DNA from: Octopus sinensis
Lineage: Eukaryota
Assembly (NCBI RefSeq): GCF_006345805.1
Contig: NW_021831287.1
Location: 62,001 to 126,000, forward strand
Direction of reading: 5' to 3'
DNA: 64,000 bases
Part shown: positions 52,370-64,000 of the stretch, one piece after another
How the letters are laid out: every line of letters starts with the position of its first letter
How positions within the stretch are numbered: position 1 is the first letter of the stretch
Made by a program: the position numbers and the translations under genes
Notes under the pieces: model-generated
What the model was told of the DNA's origin: nothing
The model's input: only the letters and a program-made list of their open reading frames with translations
The model's database searches: none

Positions 52370-53826
52370 GGAACATAGGCGAAAGTTATTCGCCTGAGAC
52401 TTCCTGGAGGTTGCCTGTCGAGCCAGGAGGAGACTACCGAACTCCTCCGCAATCAGCTCGCAGGTGTTTTGGAAGCAGATCCATCTGCCTCCTTTCCTAA
52501 ACCTCCTCCAGCAAATAACTCAGACAGATCGAAACACTGCCACCCGATTACTGAATCCGAGACCTGGGAAGCAATAAGTGCAGGTAGAAATGCGGCCCCG
52601 GGATATGACAAGATCCCTATGTCCTGCTTCAAGCATGCACCAAGCTGTTTGGTGTCTCTGCTCACAAACCTTTTTAATTCCAGCCTCCAGAGAGGGTACG
52701 TCCCAAAATCATGGAAAAAAACTGAAGTTCGAATGGTTCGAAAACCTAAGAAACCTAAAGAGGAAGCCTCGAGCTATAGGCCCATAATCCTAATCTGCTC
52801 TATATCAAAGATAATGGAGAGAATCGTCTACAGAAGGCTAGTACGCCACATAGAAAAGAATTACTGGCTCTCTCACGATCAGTGGGGTTTTCGTCCGGGC
52901 CGGTTCTGTTCTGACTGCATCTATCGACTGAATTCGATAGTATCTAAAGCACGAGACTCTGGCTTATCGACCAGTATTATCTGCTTGGATGTATCGAAGG
53001 GTTTCGACAGTGTCTGTCACTCAGTTTTGCTGGAAAATCTTGTGAATTGCGACATTGATGCGGAAACCCTTGAATGGCTAGCGAACTTCTTGAATGGGAG
53101 GATCTCTTTTGTCAACTATCTTGGCCGAGCCTCGAAAGCCATTCTCCAAAAAGGGGAGTACCTCAGGGTTCAGTCCTAAGCCCGCTACTATTCAACGTAT
53201 ATATGGCAGACTTCCCTAAACCTGTGTTCATCTCAATGAATATGCTCATTTATGCAGATGACGTCATTATCACGGACGAAGCAGCCCTTCCGACGACGTC
53301 AGAAATGAAGCTAAAAATTTACTTAAAACAAATACAACAGTGGATGGCAGTGAAATACTTGACTCTGTCAATCGAGAAATGCACGCTCACTAGAGTGTCG
53401 GCAAAAAGAAGTTCGAAAATGTTACCATATACGATCGAATCCATCAGGAGGACCCACTCGTTTCTGTACCTGGGAGTCCAATTTTCCGAGAACGGAAGGT
53501 GTGAGGAAGATATCATCCTAAAGAAAAAACGGTGCACACAAATGATCAAGTGCCTGATCAAATTCCGCCTACCCCCAGATACTGTGCTATTCATCTTCCG
53601 GGCAGCTATCCTTCCAGTACTGATGTATGGGCTGGAAGGGTGGATTTTGTCCCCCTCCAAGGCAAGAATTATAAAACTGCTGGAGAAAACGAGGAGATTA
53701 GCGCTCAAGGTGGCCTTCGGCGTAAATCTAAGAGAGAAAATACCGAGCTGGCGCGAAGTCTTTCCTATGATTGGCGAGCTTGTTGAAACCCAATTCCAAA
53801 AGTTCCTAGAGAAGAGAAGAAAATAG
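52370..53826 (+). mobile_element. 5'-truncated Jockey/I-like LINE, RT nearly intact (one frameshift near 53150)
   Basis: AAPGYDKIP, KPKKPKEEASSYRPIILI, QWGFRPGR, CLDVSKGFDSVCH, GVPQGSVLSPLLFNVY, YADD, YLGV and PVLMYGLEGW. Confidence 0.92.
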
Positions 53827-54055
53827 CCCCGGACGACCCTGTGTGTAAGGCCACTACTGGCCCTTAATTTCTTTTATGTCCGATATCCCTTTGCAAAATA
53901 AACCCTTATCTATCTATTCCTTTTCTTCGAGAAAGATCCAATTTCTTCGATTAGATTATTTCAAACTCATGTTTTGTACGCATATTCTTCAATGTTAACT
54001 ACCGACTGAATTAAGCTCGTGTAGGTCTTTAAAGACCGATTGAGTCGCAGTACAT

Positions 54056-54174
54056 TCCCAATATTCATAATATATTTAAGTTATATCTAAAAGTAAGCTA
54101 CTAGCTAGTAAGTTTCCCAATATTGATAATATATTTAAGTTATATCTAAAAGTAAGCTACTATCTAGTAAGTTT
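54056..54174. repeat. 59-bp tandem duplication, inverted copy of about 55178-55225
   Basis: tcccaatatt(c/g)ataatatatttaagttatatctaaaagtaagctacta(g/t)ctagtaagttt occurs twice; its reverse complement matches acttttaaatataacttacatatattatcaatattgggaa at about 55181-55220. Confidence 0.9.
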
Positions 54175-54299
54175 CAGCTCGACGTTTTCCGCATGGGGAC
54201 ATTTATTTATTCCTTTAGACATTCCGTTCCATTTATCAAGTTCATTATAGACGATTTCGGGTTGGAAAGTCTGTATTATTACTCTTGATTTGTATACTG

Positions 54300-55540
54300 C
54301 AAGAGGAGAAGGAATATTCTTGTACAATCGGCATTATCATTTATCTTACTTTTTAGCTCAGTATTCCTTTTACATGACTCAATTTGTTGCTAAAAGAGAC
54401 AATCACATTTTCTAGTGTTTTTATAGTCAAAGACTGAGTTTCAGATTAGGGAGAGTTGTTTCCTCTGAGCAACCAGTAAGCAGAATTTCTCTCATCTAGA
54501 TAATAAAGCTCTTCAACAAAATCTGGTTCACCATTGATTCATTTTGCTTTTTCGATAACAGTTTTCTCGCAGGTTCAACATTTGCTTTCCAACGAGTATT
54601 TACATTTCAAATATTTTTCAACAGTTGCCAAATGTGTTTTCTCTAAAAATTGAGAAACTCCTTTTGCAAAAACCACTTCTAAGTTTCAAATCAGAAATAA
54701 ATCCAAAGAAATATTTTCACATAACATAGAAATTGATCGCAATCCCCTTCCAAGTTTGTTACTCGAAGCTCCATTTATTTTGATCGAATTATTTTATTCA
54801 CTATATCAAACTCATGAGGTTCTGCATCAATCAGTCCGACATAGTACAGAGACAGCTCGTGTTCTTTTATAGCTTTAAAGAGGTTCACAGCATTCAATTT
54901 TGTGTTGATCAAATTCTCAATTCGCAGAATTTCGTCTTTTAAAATCCTAATATGAATTTATTTCTTCTCAATTTGTCCAGAAGCTTCTCCCCATACACCT
55001 AGATATTTATATTCTTCACTCTATCAAACAATTTGGTTTCTTTTGACAGTAAAGCAATATTTTGTTGGTGACTTTTCCAAATTTTTCTTATTCCCACAGA
55101 ATCAAAATAGTGATTTATATTTTGCATTATATAAAATCTTCAGTACTAGAAATAAGCTTCAGGTCGTTAGTCGAAAGCTTACTTTTAAATATAACTTACA
55201 TATATTATCAATATTGGGAAACTAACTCTTCTGGTCTTATTTTGCCATGGAGATTTTAGGATAGACAACTGAGTGGATCTACCACCAAGAGCATAGGAGA
55301 TAAACTATCTCCTTGCAGAATTCCTTTTTTGATCCGGACATGCAATTTTAGTTCACCATGAGTTTGACTCTTCAATTTACAATCAATGATATGACAAACT
55401 TTACAATCCAATCAAGAATATCAGATTTTCTAAAACTTAGAGATGGTGTGAGAAGGTCCACAAAATATTCCGTTTAAAATAAAAGCATATCACTTTATGG
55501 GAGCTAACCAATAGTGTACATCTCTGGCCATATGCATCTC
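54300..55540 (-). mobile_element. Degenerate non-LTR RT (R4/RTE-like)
   Basis: Minus strand reads IKKGILQGDSLSPMLL, NDLKLI, EYKYLGV and LGRGLRS, with many stops. Boundaries approximate. Confidence 0.6.
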
Positions 55541-55602
55541 TTTATTGTGATACCAATACTGCACATTCCGTAATTACTTTACTCCTATCCATAATATCCA
55601 CA

Positions 55603-55635
55603 GGTCGTGAGTTCGAATCCCGACGAAAAAAAAAT
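55603..55635 (+). other. tRNA T-arm/B-box-like motif followed by an A-run (possible SINE remnant)
   Basis: GGTCGTGAGTTCGAATCCC then an A-run; no D-arm, anticodon arm or acceptor stem upstream. Confidence 0.3.
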
Positions 55636-55745
55636 TAGAAAAAATTCGCTTTTTCATACTGTTGAATTTTGATAAATTTCAATTTCAACAAAATAAACAT
55701 TTTACTGTCAAAAAATTAAATTAAAAAAAGTAACTAAGTGACTTA

Positions 55746-57299
55746 ATGGAACAAGAGTTCAATGAAATCAAACGAAGGTTGGAAAATATATTGATAGACA
55801 ACCCAAACACGAACGAAGTATTATTAAAGACCGGGAAAGAATTTGAAAACGTTAGTCCGTTCTTTGTAATGTTACATCAGGTCATAGAAAAAACAAAAAA
55901 TCTCAAAGAAATTCTGAGTGTAATCAAATGCGGATACGACGATTTATTCAAACAATTACAGAAAGAAAAAAATAAAATAAAAACTGACAGTTTCAGAAAT
56001 ATGCAAATTCGCTACAACCAAGAAAACATCGAGAATTACACCAGAAACAACGATAGTTTGACAAACAGGTATTTTTTCCAAATAAATCAAGATACAATCA
56101 CTTGAAGAAAACAAATAACAATTTAATAATCGATAATGAGCTCATCGACAATTCAATATTAAAAATCAAAGATAAAATCAAAGAAACGAGAAAGAACCGA
56201 AATTCTCGTCCCAAAATCAACCATCTTTTGGGTTTTCCAATCGAAAAAGAGACAGACGTTGATTATTTAAATGAACAAATCGAATTGATTGGAAAGGAGA
56301 TTTCTACTCTTCAATTAAAGAAAGAACAAGATTACGTAACAAAACAAGAATGGATTGAGGCTGTCGCTTCCTTGACTGAGACGCACAAAAAAAGAGATGA
56401 ATTACTGGGGAGGCACGAAATACTTAAATTCAGCGAGCAAAAATTGACTGACGTTATTCAAACTGCGGAGAAATACATCGAATCGGGATGTCCGTCAAAT
56501 GTAGACATTATTCAAGAATTGTTCAACTCCGTCAAATCCTCCAAACAGATTCCTGAGGGTAAATTCCTTTTAAAACTCTATTTAGTTGAGGTTGATGTAA
56601 AACATGAACAAACACTGGAAAAAATTGAAAAATACACGAAAGAGTTCTGTCATCAATTCGAAGCCCAGAACTACGAACGAGCAGCCCTGATTGCAGTCCA
56701 CTGCCCTTCGGGGATACTCCGAAGCATAAACGTATTGGACAAATTTAGTAAAGGTCACTGGTGTCGACCCGTATTATAGCTAAGAACAAGAAGGCAGTCA
56801 TCGAGTATTGCAATGCTCTCTCAAAAGCGAACTACGGACGATTGAAATGGAATAGAGAACTTTCCGAACAACTCGTGGCGTGTTTATTGGATTACAACGA
56901 ATTGGGTTTACTAAGGGAAATTGTAATGAACAAGAGGTTTATAATTTTGTTGAGTACAGAATGACTATCACCAGCGAGATCTGTCGCAAGTTGGAACTTG
57001 GTAACGTAGACGCCGCTCTCGTCATATTTGCCTACCAGAATCTTCAAAGTCCAAAAGAACTGCTCAGATTTTATATTATTTCCGAAAAGTACTCAGATGC
57101 AGTGTCTGTGCTTCAAAATAATCCATTTTTCGAAGATTCGTGCCTCGAACAAATTGTATCACTAAATGATTCAACTCTAAATAAATTTGTCCATTTTATA
57201 GAAGAGAATTCGTGCTCATTTGTGTTCCCAAACCAGTTTTTCCAAGACCCGAAAACACGTTTGAACAAAACAAAAATTACCAATGTCCCGACAAATTGA
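55746..57299 (+). CDS. CLHC1: Clathrin heavy chain linker domain-containing protein 1-like
   Basis: N-terminal FVMLHQVIEKTKNLKEILSVIKCGYD (TSNAXIP1_N-like) and linker motif YTKEFCHQFEAQNYERAALIAVHCPSGILRS. Confidence 0.75.
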
Positions 57300-57426
57300 C
57301 AATTTACACACTCTTATATATTAAATTCAATTTTATGTCGCAGCATAAAAACAATATTTGTAGAATATGCACCTCTAATGGGCCTACTAATAGTGAAAAC
57401 ATACAAAAGGACAATAATAATCACAA

Positions 57427-59892
57427 TTATGAACACTCCGGACAACTCCAGTCATGTCCAGTGTTTTGCAGTGCTCTCCCGAATGGACAACAACGGTGGA
57501 CGATATTAAAACACATTTTACACCGAATAAATAAGTCGGTCATGAATATTGACTGCCCACAATAATAACACGTCCCAATCAACAACGACATGGGCTCATA
57601 CAGATCTCTCGAAAACAGACTCGAGTGCACTTTCAATGCCACCGGCAATGGCTTTGGCGATACTTCCCTTTTCGGTACTTCCGGAGAACACTGATCAGTC
57701 CACAAAACTCTTCTAGTAACTCTCCCACTCTTTGTGGTGACATTCGCAAACACAATGTCCCGTGGCTCCTCTGTCTTGGGTACCCTCTTCTTGTACTTCC
57801 TTTTCGGGGTCACTTCACATTTAACTTGAGACAAATCCACACAGCTTTCCTCACATTTGGGAATATCAATTATTGAATCTTCTTTTATTATTTCAACAAT
57901 ATTTTTTGCGCGCTTCGTGTACTTTCGTTTGACTCTGACCGGTTCATTTTTTGGTTTCTTTTTGTAAATTCTTTTCACTTTTTCCAGGGCCATGACCGTG
58001 TTTGGTGGAGGCCGACGAATCCTGGCCATTGCCTCCTTCGTCACTGCCTTCTCCACACCCGCCTTAAAGTCCACATTGACATCACAGGAAGAACACCGCC
58101 TAAAGTGAGGACACCAACAGTACCACGTATATCCCATCCCCACTCGAGGAACTGATCCAAGTGGGGGGACCAGGCACGAAATGTGCTGGGATTTCTTGCA
58201 TATTCCACATTTCACCATTAAATGTTGCTGTTCTCGACTACTACAGAACACACACTCCTCAATCTGGGCTTCTGTCGAGTTCCTCAAGTCTCCGTGCTGT
58301 TCTCCCACCACTGGAGACTTTTTATAGCTCAGCTGTGACAGCAAGTCATATTTCCGTTCCAAATCTGCACGTTTTTCTTTGGCTTCCTCCAATTGTTTGG
58401 TGGCCTTAAACTGACCAATCAAACACGACTTGCTCAAACTGGACAATCTGAACCTGCTCCTTCTCTCGGAGGGACTGGTTCTCCTCCTTTAACAGCGATA
58501 GGGAAGTCCTCATCTCACCCATCCGCCTGTCTCTGTCTAACAGTCACAATTGCACTCCAACCAATATAGTAATGCACAAAGGCTGGATTGAAGCCCGGGG
58601 GGATATACCACAACTTGGAAATGTCAAATTCGTTTATGTTTATATTCTGGTGAAATCACGGAATTATAGAGACCGTGTTTATGTTCATGAGCTCTGCCTT
58701 CTTGGTCAATCTGCTTAGGGCTCCTTTGGAGGTCGACAAATCGCGGGAAAATACTCCAAAAAGCCCATCAAGTGACCCACTGATATAAGAATTGGAAATT
58801 TTCTCAAATTTATATTTAAATCTATTTCCCGCCCATTTTAACATTTTTCCGTTATATTTCTAAAAATTACGCGGGAAAATACAGCATGTTTAGGAGAATT
58901 TTTTTCAATTTTATTTTGACTATTTTTAACACCATTTAGGGCGGCAACCCATCTTTTCCGACGGCGGGAAACTTCTTCAGGATCACTATGTTGACCACAA
59001 TAGGCGACGTGGTAATATCCACTACTCGAACCACTTTCCGAGTAATTATTGCACAAATATCCAGACATGAGAGCACTGGGGATTAACCCACGGAATAACA
59101 CCAGGAAACGTGGAAATATGTCCTGCACAGCCCAGACTCGCACTGAATGGTCACTCCAGTCCCAGAATATCTCCAATCCTCACACAGGGAACATTTCTTG
59201 GATTAAATGGACTCCCCACCTTTAAACCGTAGGAGGAATAGTTCATTTCCAGCAGAGAGATTCCATTGACCCCCTCAGTCTCGTCAAAAGCCACCCCCGG
59301 GACCATCAGAGCACAAACAAGGTGAACCCACTGCCCACAAACCGTCTTCTTAAATGCCCCCTCCGAACAAGGACACAAAGCACACACCTAATTAGACCAA
59401 TTGTGTCCTACTGGCTTATCATTGCCCAATAAACAGACTGCACAAAACCAGGGTTCGGTTGAGATTGAGGATTCGACACTCACATCATCACATTGGGAGG
59501 TGTTCTCTGATATTCCATAGCATTCTTCGTGGACTGACACCCCACAGGAGTCACACACCACCACTTCTTCGTTTGAGGCTCTTTTTGTTAGTTTAAATGC
59601 CAAACCGTAGACAAATCATGCAAATTGGAGAAATATTCCGTGATTGGGGTTCTCCGTAGTCTTTTGGGGAGTTATTTATGGGTTTTTGTGGGGGAATTGA
59701 GGTCTCGCTGGACTCATCAGAGGACTCCATGTTGGATGATTCCTTGCACGTGCTGTCACTTTCATCGGATTCTTCTTGGAGTAAGATTTCGGGTATTTTG
59801 TCTCTTTGGACGTGTTTGATTTGACGTTTTCCTGGAGCTCTTTTAATAAAAAGAGACAAATTTTGTTCGGAATTAATATGATTTTCAGTCAT
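57427..59892 (-). CDS. PHF14: PHD finger protein 14
   Basis: CDSCGVSVHEECYG..STEPWFCAVC, CALCP..GAFKKT..WVHLVCALMVPGVAF..EMNYSSYG, YHVAYCGQH, PHD3 CGICKKSQHISCLVPPL and a C-terminal PHD (WSCPEC). Confidence 0.92.
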
Positions 59893-60103
59893 AATTTATT
59901 TAAATATAATTTCTAAGATATAAATATTAAAGTTTTATTACAGAAAATATGTACCCACCACAAAAAATAAACAAATTTTGTGTTAGATAAATTAATTCAT
60001 AAAAAATCACATTTTTAATTATTTAAATTAACAATAATCAACTTTTATTAATTCATAAAACCATTATTTTAGATTGAATATACCCCATTTTATTTGTAAA
60101 ATA

Positions 60104-61384
60104 CAGTCTTCTCTCTATTGCTCGCCATTTTTGGGACCAAGCCAAAATTTGGCGACTAAGAGAAATAATCAATATCCTATTTTTATCAACAAAAAATTTC
60201 TATAATTTTTAACTATCTAAACATTTAAATAAATAGCCGAAACATTTATTTAAAAAAACCAAAATTTTAAGTAAAGTAATCATTTATAGTTTTTTGTATG
60301 ATCTTTTCTCTATATTTTTTGCATTTTTAATAAACTTTCTAGCATATTCACATCAAGATTATCGTCATGTGAAAAATATTTTTTGAGGTCCGAAATACAT
60401 TTTATCGCATCTCGATGTGTAATACAGTTGTTTCTTTCACAATCTTCAGTAATTGAACTGTCTAAAATTGCATTTTCATCGTTATTTTCATAGTTATTGT
60501 TTTGAACAAATTCATGAAGTTCGTCATTTTCAGAGTACGTAAAGTCTATAAACTCCTCCTCTTTTATGGGATCTGTGATCATTAATTTTTCTATAATTTG
60601 TTCGAAATTTTTTATTTTATGGTCTCCCATAATAGGTTCTACAATTCTGTTTTCCCATTTGGCGTGCTGAAAACATTTTGATATTGTATCCACTGACACA
60701 TCTTTCCAGGCTAGATAAGAAAATAAGACTGCATCTTTCAGGGTTAATTTTTTATAGCATTCAATAGTTGCGTCACCGTAGTTTATTTGTTCAATTATAT
60801 GTTTAAATTTAAATTTGTTGAAATGAGATTTGAATGATCTAATGATTCATTGATCCATCGGTTGAAGCACAGTAGTCGTGTTTTTTGGTAATATAAAACT
60901 TCTATCATACTTAATTCGATTGTTATTCTATGCGAAGGACAATGGTCTACAACCAAAAGTATCTTTTTTTGTTTTTGTTTGAGAGTCTTGTTCCAATTAT
61001 ACAACCATTCGTTAAATATTTCCATGTTCATCCAAGCCTTTGAAGAATTCCGGTATTGTAAATATTCATCAACGTTCAAGTTTTTAAAACACCTTGGTTT
61101 CTTAAACTGCCCGATCATCAAAGGGGTTCTTTTATCGGATCCAGTCATATTTTCGCAAAGCATTAATGAAAATCTGAAAATTGGCTAAAAATGTTAAACC
61201 TATCTTTAAGTAATTTTTGTCCTGGTCGGCGTTTCCTGCAGACACTTTTTGATGGAATGGTCTTGTAGAATGGTCTTGAAAAATTATTTTTTTAATAATA
61301 AATTTTAATTTTTTAATACTAAAACGTGGCGAGTTATAGAAATGGCGAGCAATAGAATTGGCGAGCAATAGAGGGTATGTACTG
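60104..61384 (-). mobile_element. Internally deleted Tigger/pogo DNA transposon with TIRs
   Basis: Left end TA|CAGTCTTCTCTCTATTGCTCGCC; right end reverse complement CAGTACATACCCTCTATTGCTCGCC; subterminal ggcgagcaatagaa repeats. DDE_1 remnant NMTGSDK..PLMIG..KPRCFK..KAWMN..ILLVVDHCPSH. Confidence 0.9.
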
Positions 61385-61566
61385 TTAATAAAACTTTGGA
61401 ATTTGAGCTGAAAAATAAATATTAATTCCAATATTTATTAAAACTTCTGTTACTTAAAAATAGTGCTAAATTGTCTCAACTTGTAGAATATCCATAAATC
61501 TTAAAAGAAAACACCGCCAGCTGTTCTCCCCTTTAAATATATTATCATCTCCCACTCGAATACACA

Positions 61567-62516
61567 ATGATTTACTTATTGTTTATTATAGCCATAAACT
61601 CAGTTGTAGGACTAAGTAAGACCATTTAAATTTAAATTCAGAATGCTATCGGGGAATGTGCTATTCACTTGTTTATCGAAAAATGAATTATTTTGACGCC
61701 CAGAATTATTGTAGAGCAAGGAAGGGGGCTTTGGCTGTCATTAACTCTCATGCAATAAGAGTGTATATTACAAGTATATTCGTTATTTACAACAAATAGA
61801 TAATTTTGCTAGAATAGTAGGATTTAATTTTTATTTTGGTCTCAACGACATTGCAAGAGAACGTTATTTTGTAGATTCGTATAATCGTAGACAAGTTTTT
61901 GTGCAATTTATATTTTTTGGTTTATTCCTTTTGGAATCGTGGAGAACCAAATAATCGTAGAAATGAAGACTGCGTTGTGATGTTGCCTAGAAGTGGACGT
62001 TGGAATGACATATCATGCCGCTATAGATTATATTTTTTATGCCAATATCCAGGTTAATACGATTATCTAAATACCTCAGCTGCCCTTTTTACAACAACTG
62101 TGCCACGGGCAACTTCCACTGTTCCACGGACAACTTCTACCGTGCCACGGACGACTTCCACCGTGCCACGAACGACTTCCACCGTTCCACGGACAACTTC
62201 CACTGTTCCACGGACGACTTCTACCGTGCCACGAACAACTTCTACCGTGCCACGGACAACTTCTACCATTCCACGGACGACTTCTACTGTGCCACGGACA
62301 ACTTCCACCGTGCCACGGACAACTTCCACTGTTCCACGGACAACTTCTACCGTGCCACGGACAACTTCCACTGTTCCACGGACGACTTCTACCGTTCCAC
62401 GGACAACTTCTACCGTGCCACGGACGACTTCCTATGTCCAAAGGACGACTTCAACGGCTGCACCTGAAAATAAAGAACTGAACATTCTCTTCAATATATA
62501 CGACTGTAATTGTTAA
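61567..62516 (+). CDS. Secreted C-type lectin with mucin-like Thr-rich tail
   Basis: Signal peptide, CYSL..YFDAQNYC..GALAVI, FGLNDI, WNRGEPNNRRNEDCV..RWNDISC (EPN/WND), then TTSTVPR repeats. One junction needs a non-canonical intron. Confidence 0.85.
62103..62459 (+). repeat. 21-bp coding minisatellite, 17 units (PRTTSTV)
   Basis: Units such as ccacggacaacttccactgtt with synonymous variation; 17 heptads counted in the 62100-62516 ORF. Confidence 0.95.
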
Positions 62517-63090
62517 ATTGTGAATATTAACTACTTACTAATATAACAGTTATAAAAGTATAATATCAAACTAATAAATTGATTTTTGGTTTTGTCAAAA
62601 TGATTTGACTTGAATTTTAAAATCGAATATTTTTGTTGTACTTCATTTGTTTGCCAAATTTTTTTTCGAAAGATGAAAATTCTTTTTAGAATCTGACAAT
62701 ATTGAAGAACATGAAATTTTATCGTTGGTTCATTTAAGTGACGATTTCTTGCAAAAATATACAATTTGGTGCAAAAATCAAACGTTTTAGAAATTTTTTG
62801 CAATCGACAAATAGAGAACTAAATATATAACAGGACTTTATAGGTTGGTTGGAAATCTCCATCTAACATGAGCCCATTTCTCTCTGTTTATACTAGGAAT
62901 AGATTAAAAATACATTTTTAAGGTAATTAGTTATTAACACAGACTTGGCTATCAGGTAAACTCCCAAAAATAGCGATCATAACAATTTTTTGAAAATTAA
63001 TTAAGGTTATTATTAATAGCTTTAAATAATGGGGAAAAAGAATAATTATTTAAAAATAATAAATTATCAGCCACGTGATAACTTGTTGAC

Positions 63091-63861
63091 ATGAACAGTA
63101 ATAAGGTATACCTCGATGTATGGAATATTAGCCTCTAATTGTGGATGCCAGCAATCATATAGAAGGGAGACTCGCGAGTATAATCGCCAAACTACTCCTC
63201 ACAAGTATGAGAGCCCTTTTGATGTCTTTCAGCAAAGAGAGAAGTGGTGGTACTTCGATGTGAGAAACTGATCGTCTCAGGGTCAGAAAGGAAGAACAAA
63301 TGTAGTCCCGACATTTAAATCCTCAGTGAAATTCCAGTCGTATCTCCACAAGAGAACCAACACAAACCCAAAGAAGGGACCACTCCACTTCCGAGCCCCC
63401 GGGGGAATGTTTCGTAAGGCAGTCCGAGGTTGTGAGTGAGCATAACGAGAAGGAATGATCCCCTATCGGACATCCCGCGGATCAGAGGCCTTCTCCCGCT
63501 TGTCCACCTTCGAAGGAGTTCCTCTCCGATTCCAGAGAACAAAGAAAATGGTTTTCCCGCGTGCTGTGAAGGCGGTATGCTTGAAGCCCCACCGCAAGGT
63601 TGGTCATCCCTCTGACGGCAGTTCACCGTGTTGGGGCAAGTGGCCCGTCGATTTGGCTGGAAGAGTGCCGACTTGGTGGAGGAGTTGGAGGACAAGCGCA
63701 GAGCCAATGCCGCCGTCTTCTACGAGCAGAAGAAGGCCAGAAATGTTTAGTCTTGTTTTATGCCCTCCAAGGAACTCAATCGACAGGCGAGGGAGTTGTT
63801 GGACAAGGACAATAATCCACAGTATGAGAAACTAAAGGCCATTATTTCTCTCTACTCCTAA
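63091..63861 (+). CDS. RPL13A: 60S ribosomal protein L13a (uL13)
   Basis: IVDASNHIEGRLASIIAK, VVVLRCEKL, TNTNPKKGPLHFRAP, VRG|MIPYRT, FEGVP and GWK; six introns of 23-28 nt. Confidence 0.96.
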
Positions 63862-64000
63862 TTTACTTCATTTTTGGATGTTTTATTCCTTATTTTATGT
63901 TATTTTTGAAAGAATTGTACTTTTTGATAGTACAAGATAGGAATCTTTGATATTCGCACTGAAATTTTATTTTTGTACAAATTAAAATTAACACTTTTTA

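Noticed and set aside
55560-55640. Functional tRNA gene
   Set aside because: Only a T-loop/B-box motif is present; no cloverleaf can be built.
52309-62459. CRISPR-like array or telomeric repeat
   Set aside because: The repeats are head-to-tail without unique spacers, and TTAGGG occurs only as isolated hits.
62039-62467. Alternative-frame and antisense ORFs (ATDNFH, VEVVRGT, GRSCPW repeats)
   Set aside because: By-products of a stop-free 21-bp repeat; only the TTSTVPR frame continues the lectin exon.

Overview
Eukaryotic, almost certainly animal, genomic DNA from a very compact genome. It uses the standard genetic code, and nearly every gene is broken by spliceosomal introns of about 21-29 nt (mode about 23 nt). 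This is why the ORF track is fragmented, and all gene models below were spliced by hand. The intron size plus animal-type genes (adhesion GPCR, RIM-BP, PHF14, tetraspanins, C-type lectin) best fits a reduced parasite such as a dicyemid mesozoan; this is inference, not proof. Positions 1-33 kb are a dense run of conserved genes: UTP11 end, GTPBP1/2-like, TERF2IP/Rap1, PIWI, RhoGDI, IPO7, tetraspanin, EF-hand-Rab, SEC63, ADK, RDH-like SDR, RNF121, UGP2, RING, IFT140 and RIM-BP. Positions 33-64 kb are more AT-rich and mix genes (SORD-like, three orphans, RBM42, adhesion GPCR, HMBS, a second tetraspanin, CLHC1, PHF14, lectin-mucin, RPL13A) with transposon remains (hAT, Tigger, a CRE-like element and several LINEs). 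The best candidate for novelty is a PIWI-clade Argonaute that lacks the whole PAZ domain but keeps the MID 5'-phosphate pocket and the D-E-D-H slicer tetrad. Also notable are an adhesion GPCR with two tandem GPS motifs, a RIM-BP lacking SH3-I, several non-canonical or ultra-short intron candidates, and a possible intergenic C/D snoRNA. Family calls come from recalled motifs; no database search was run.
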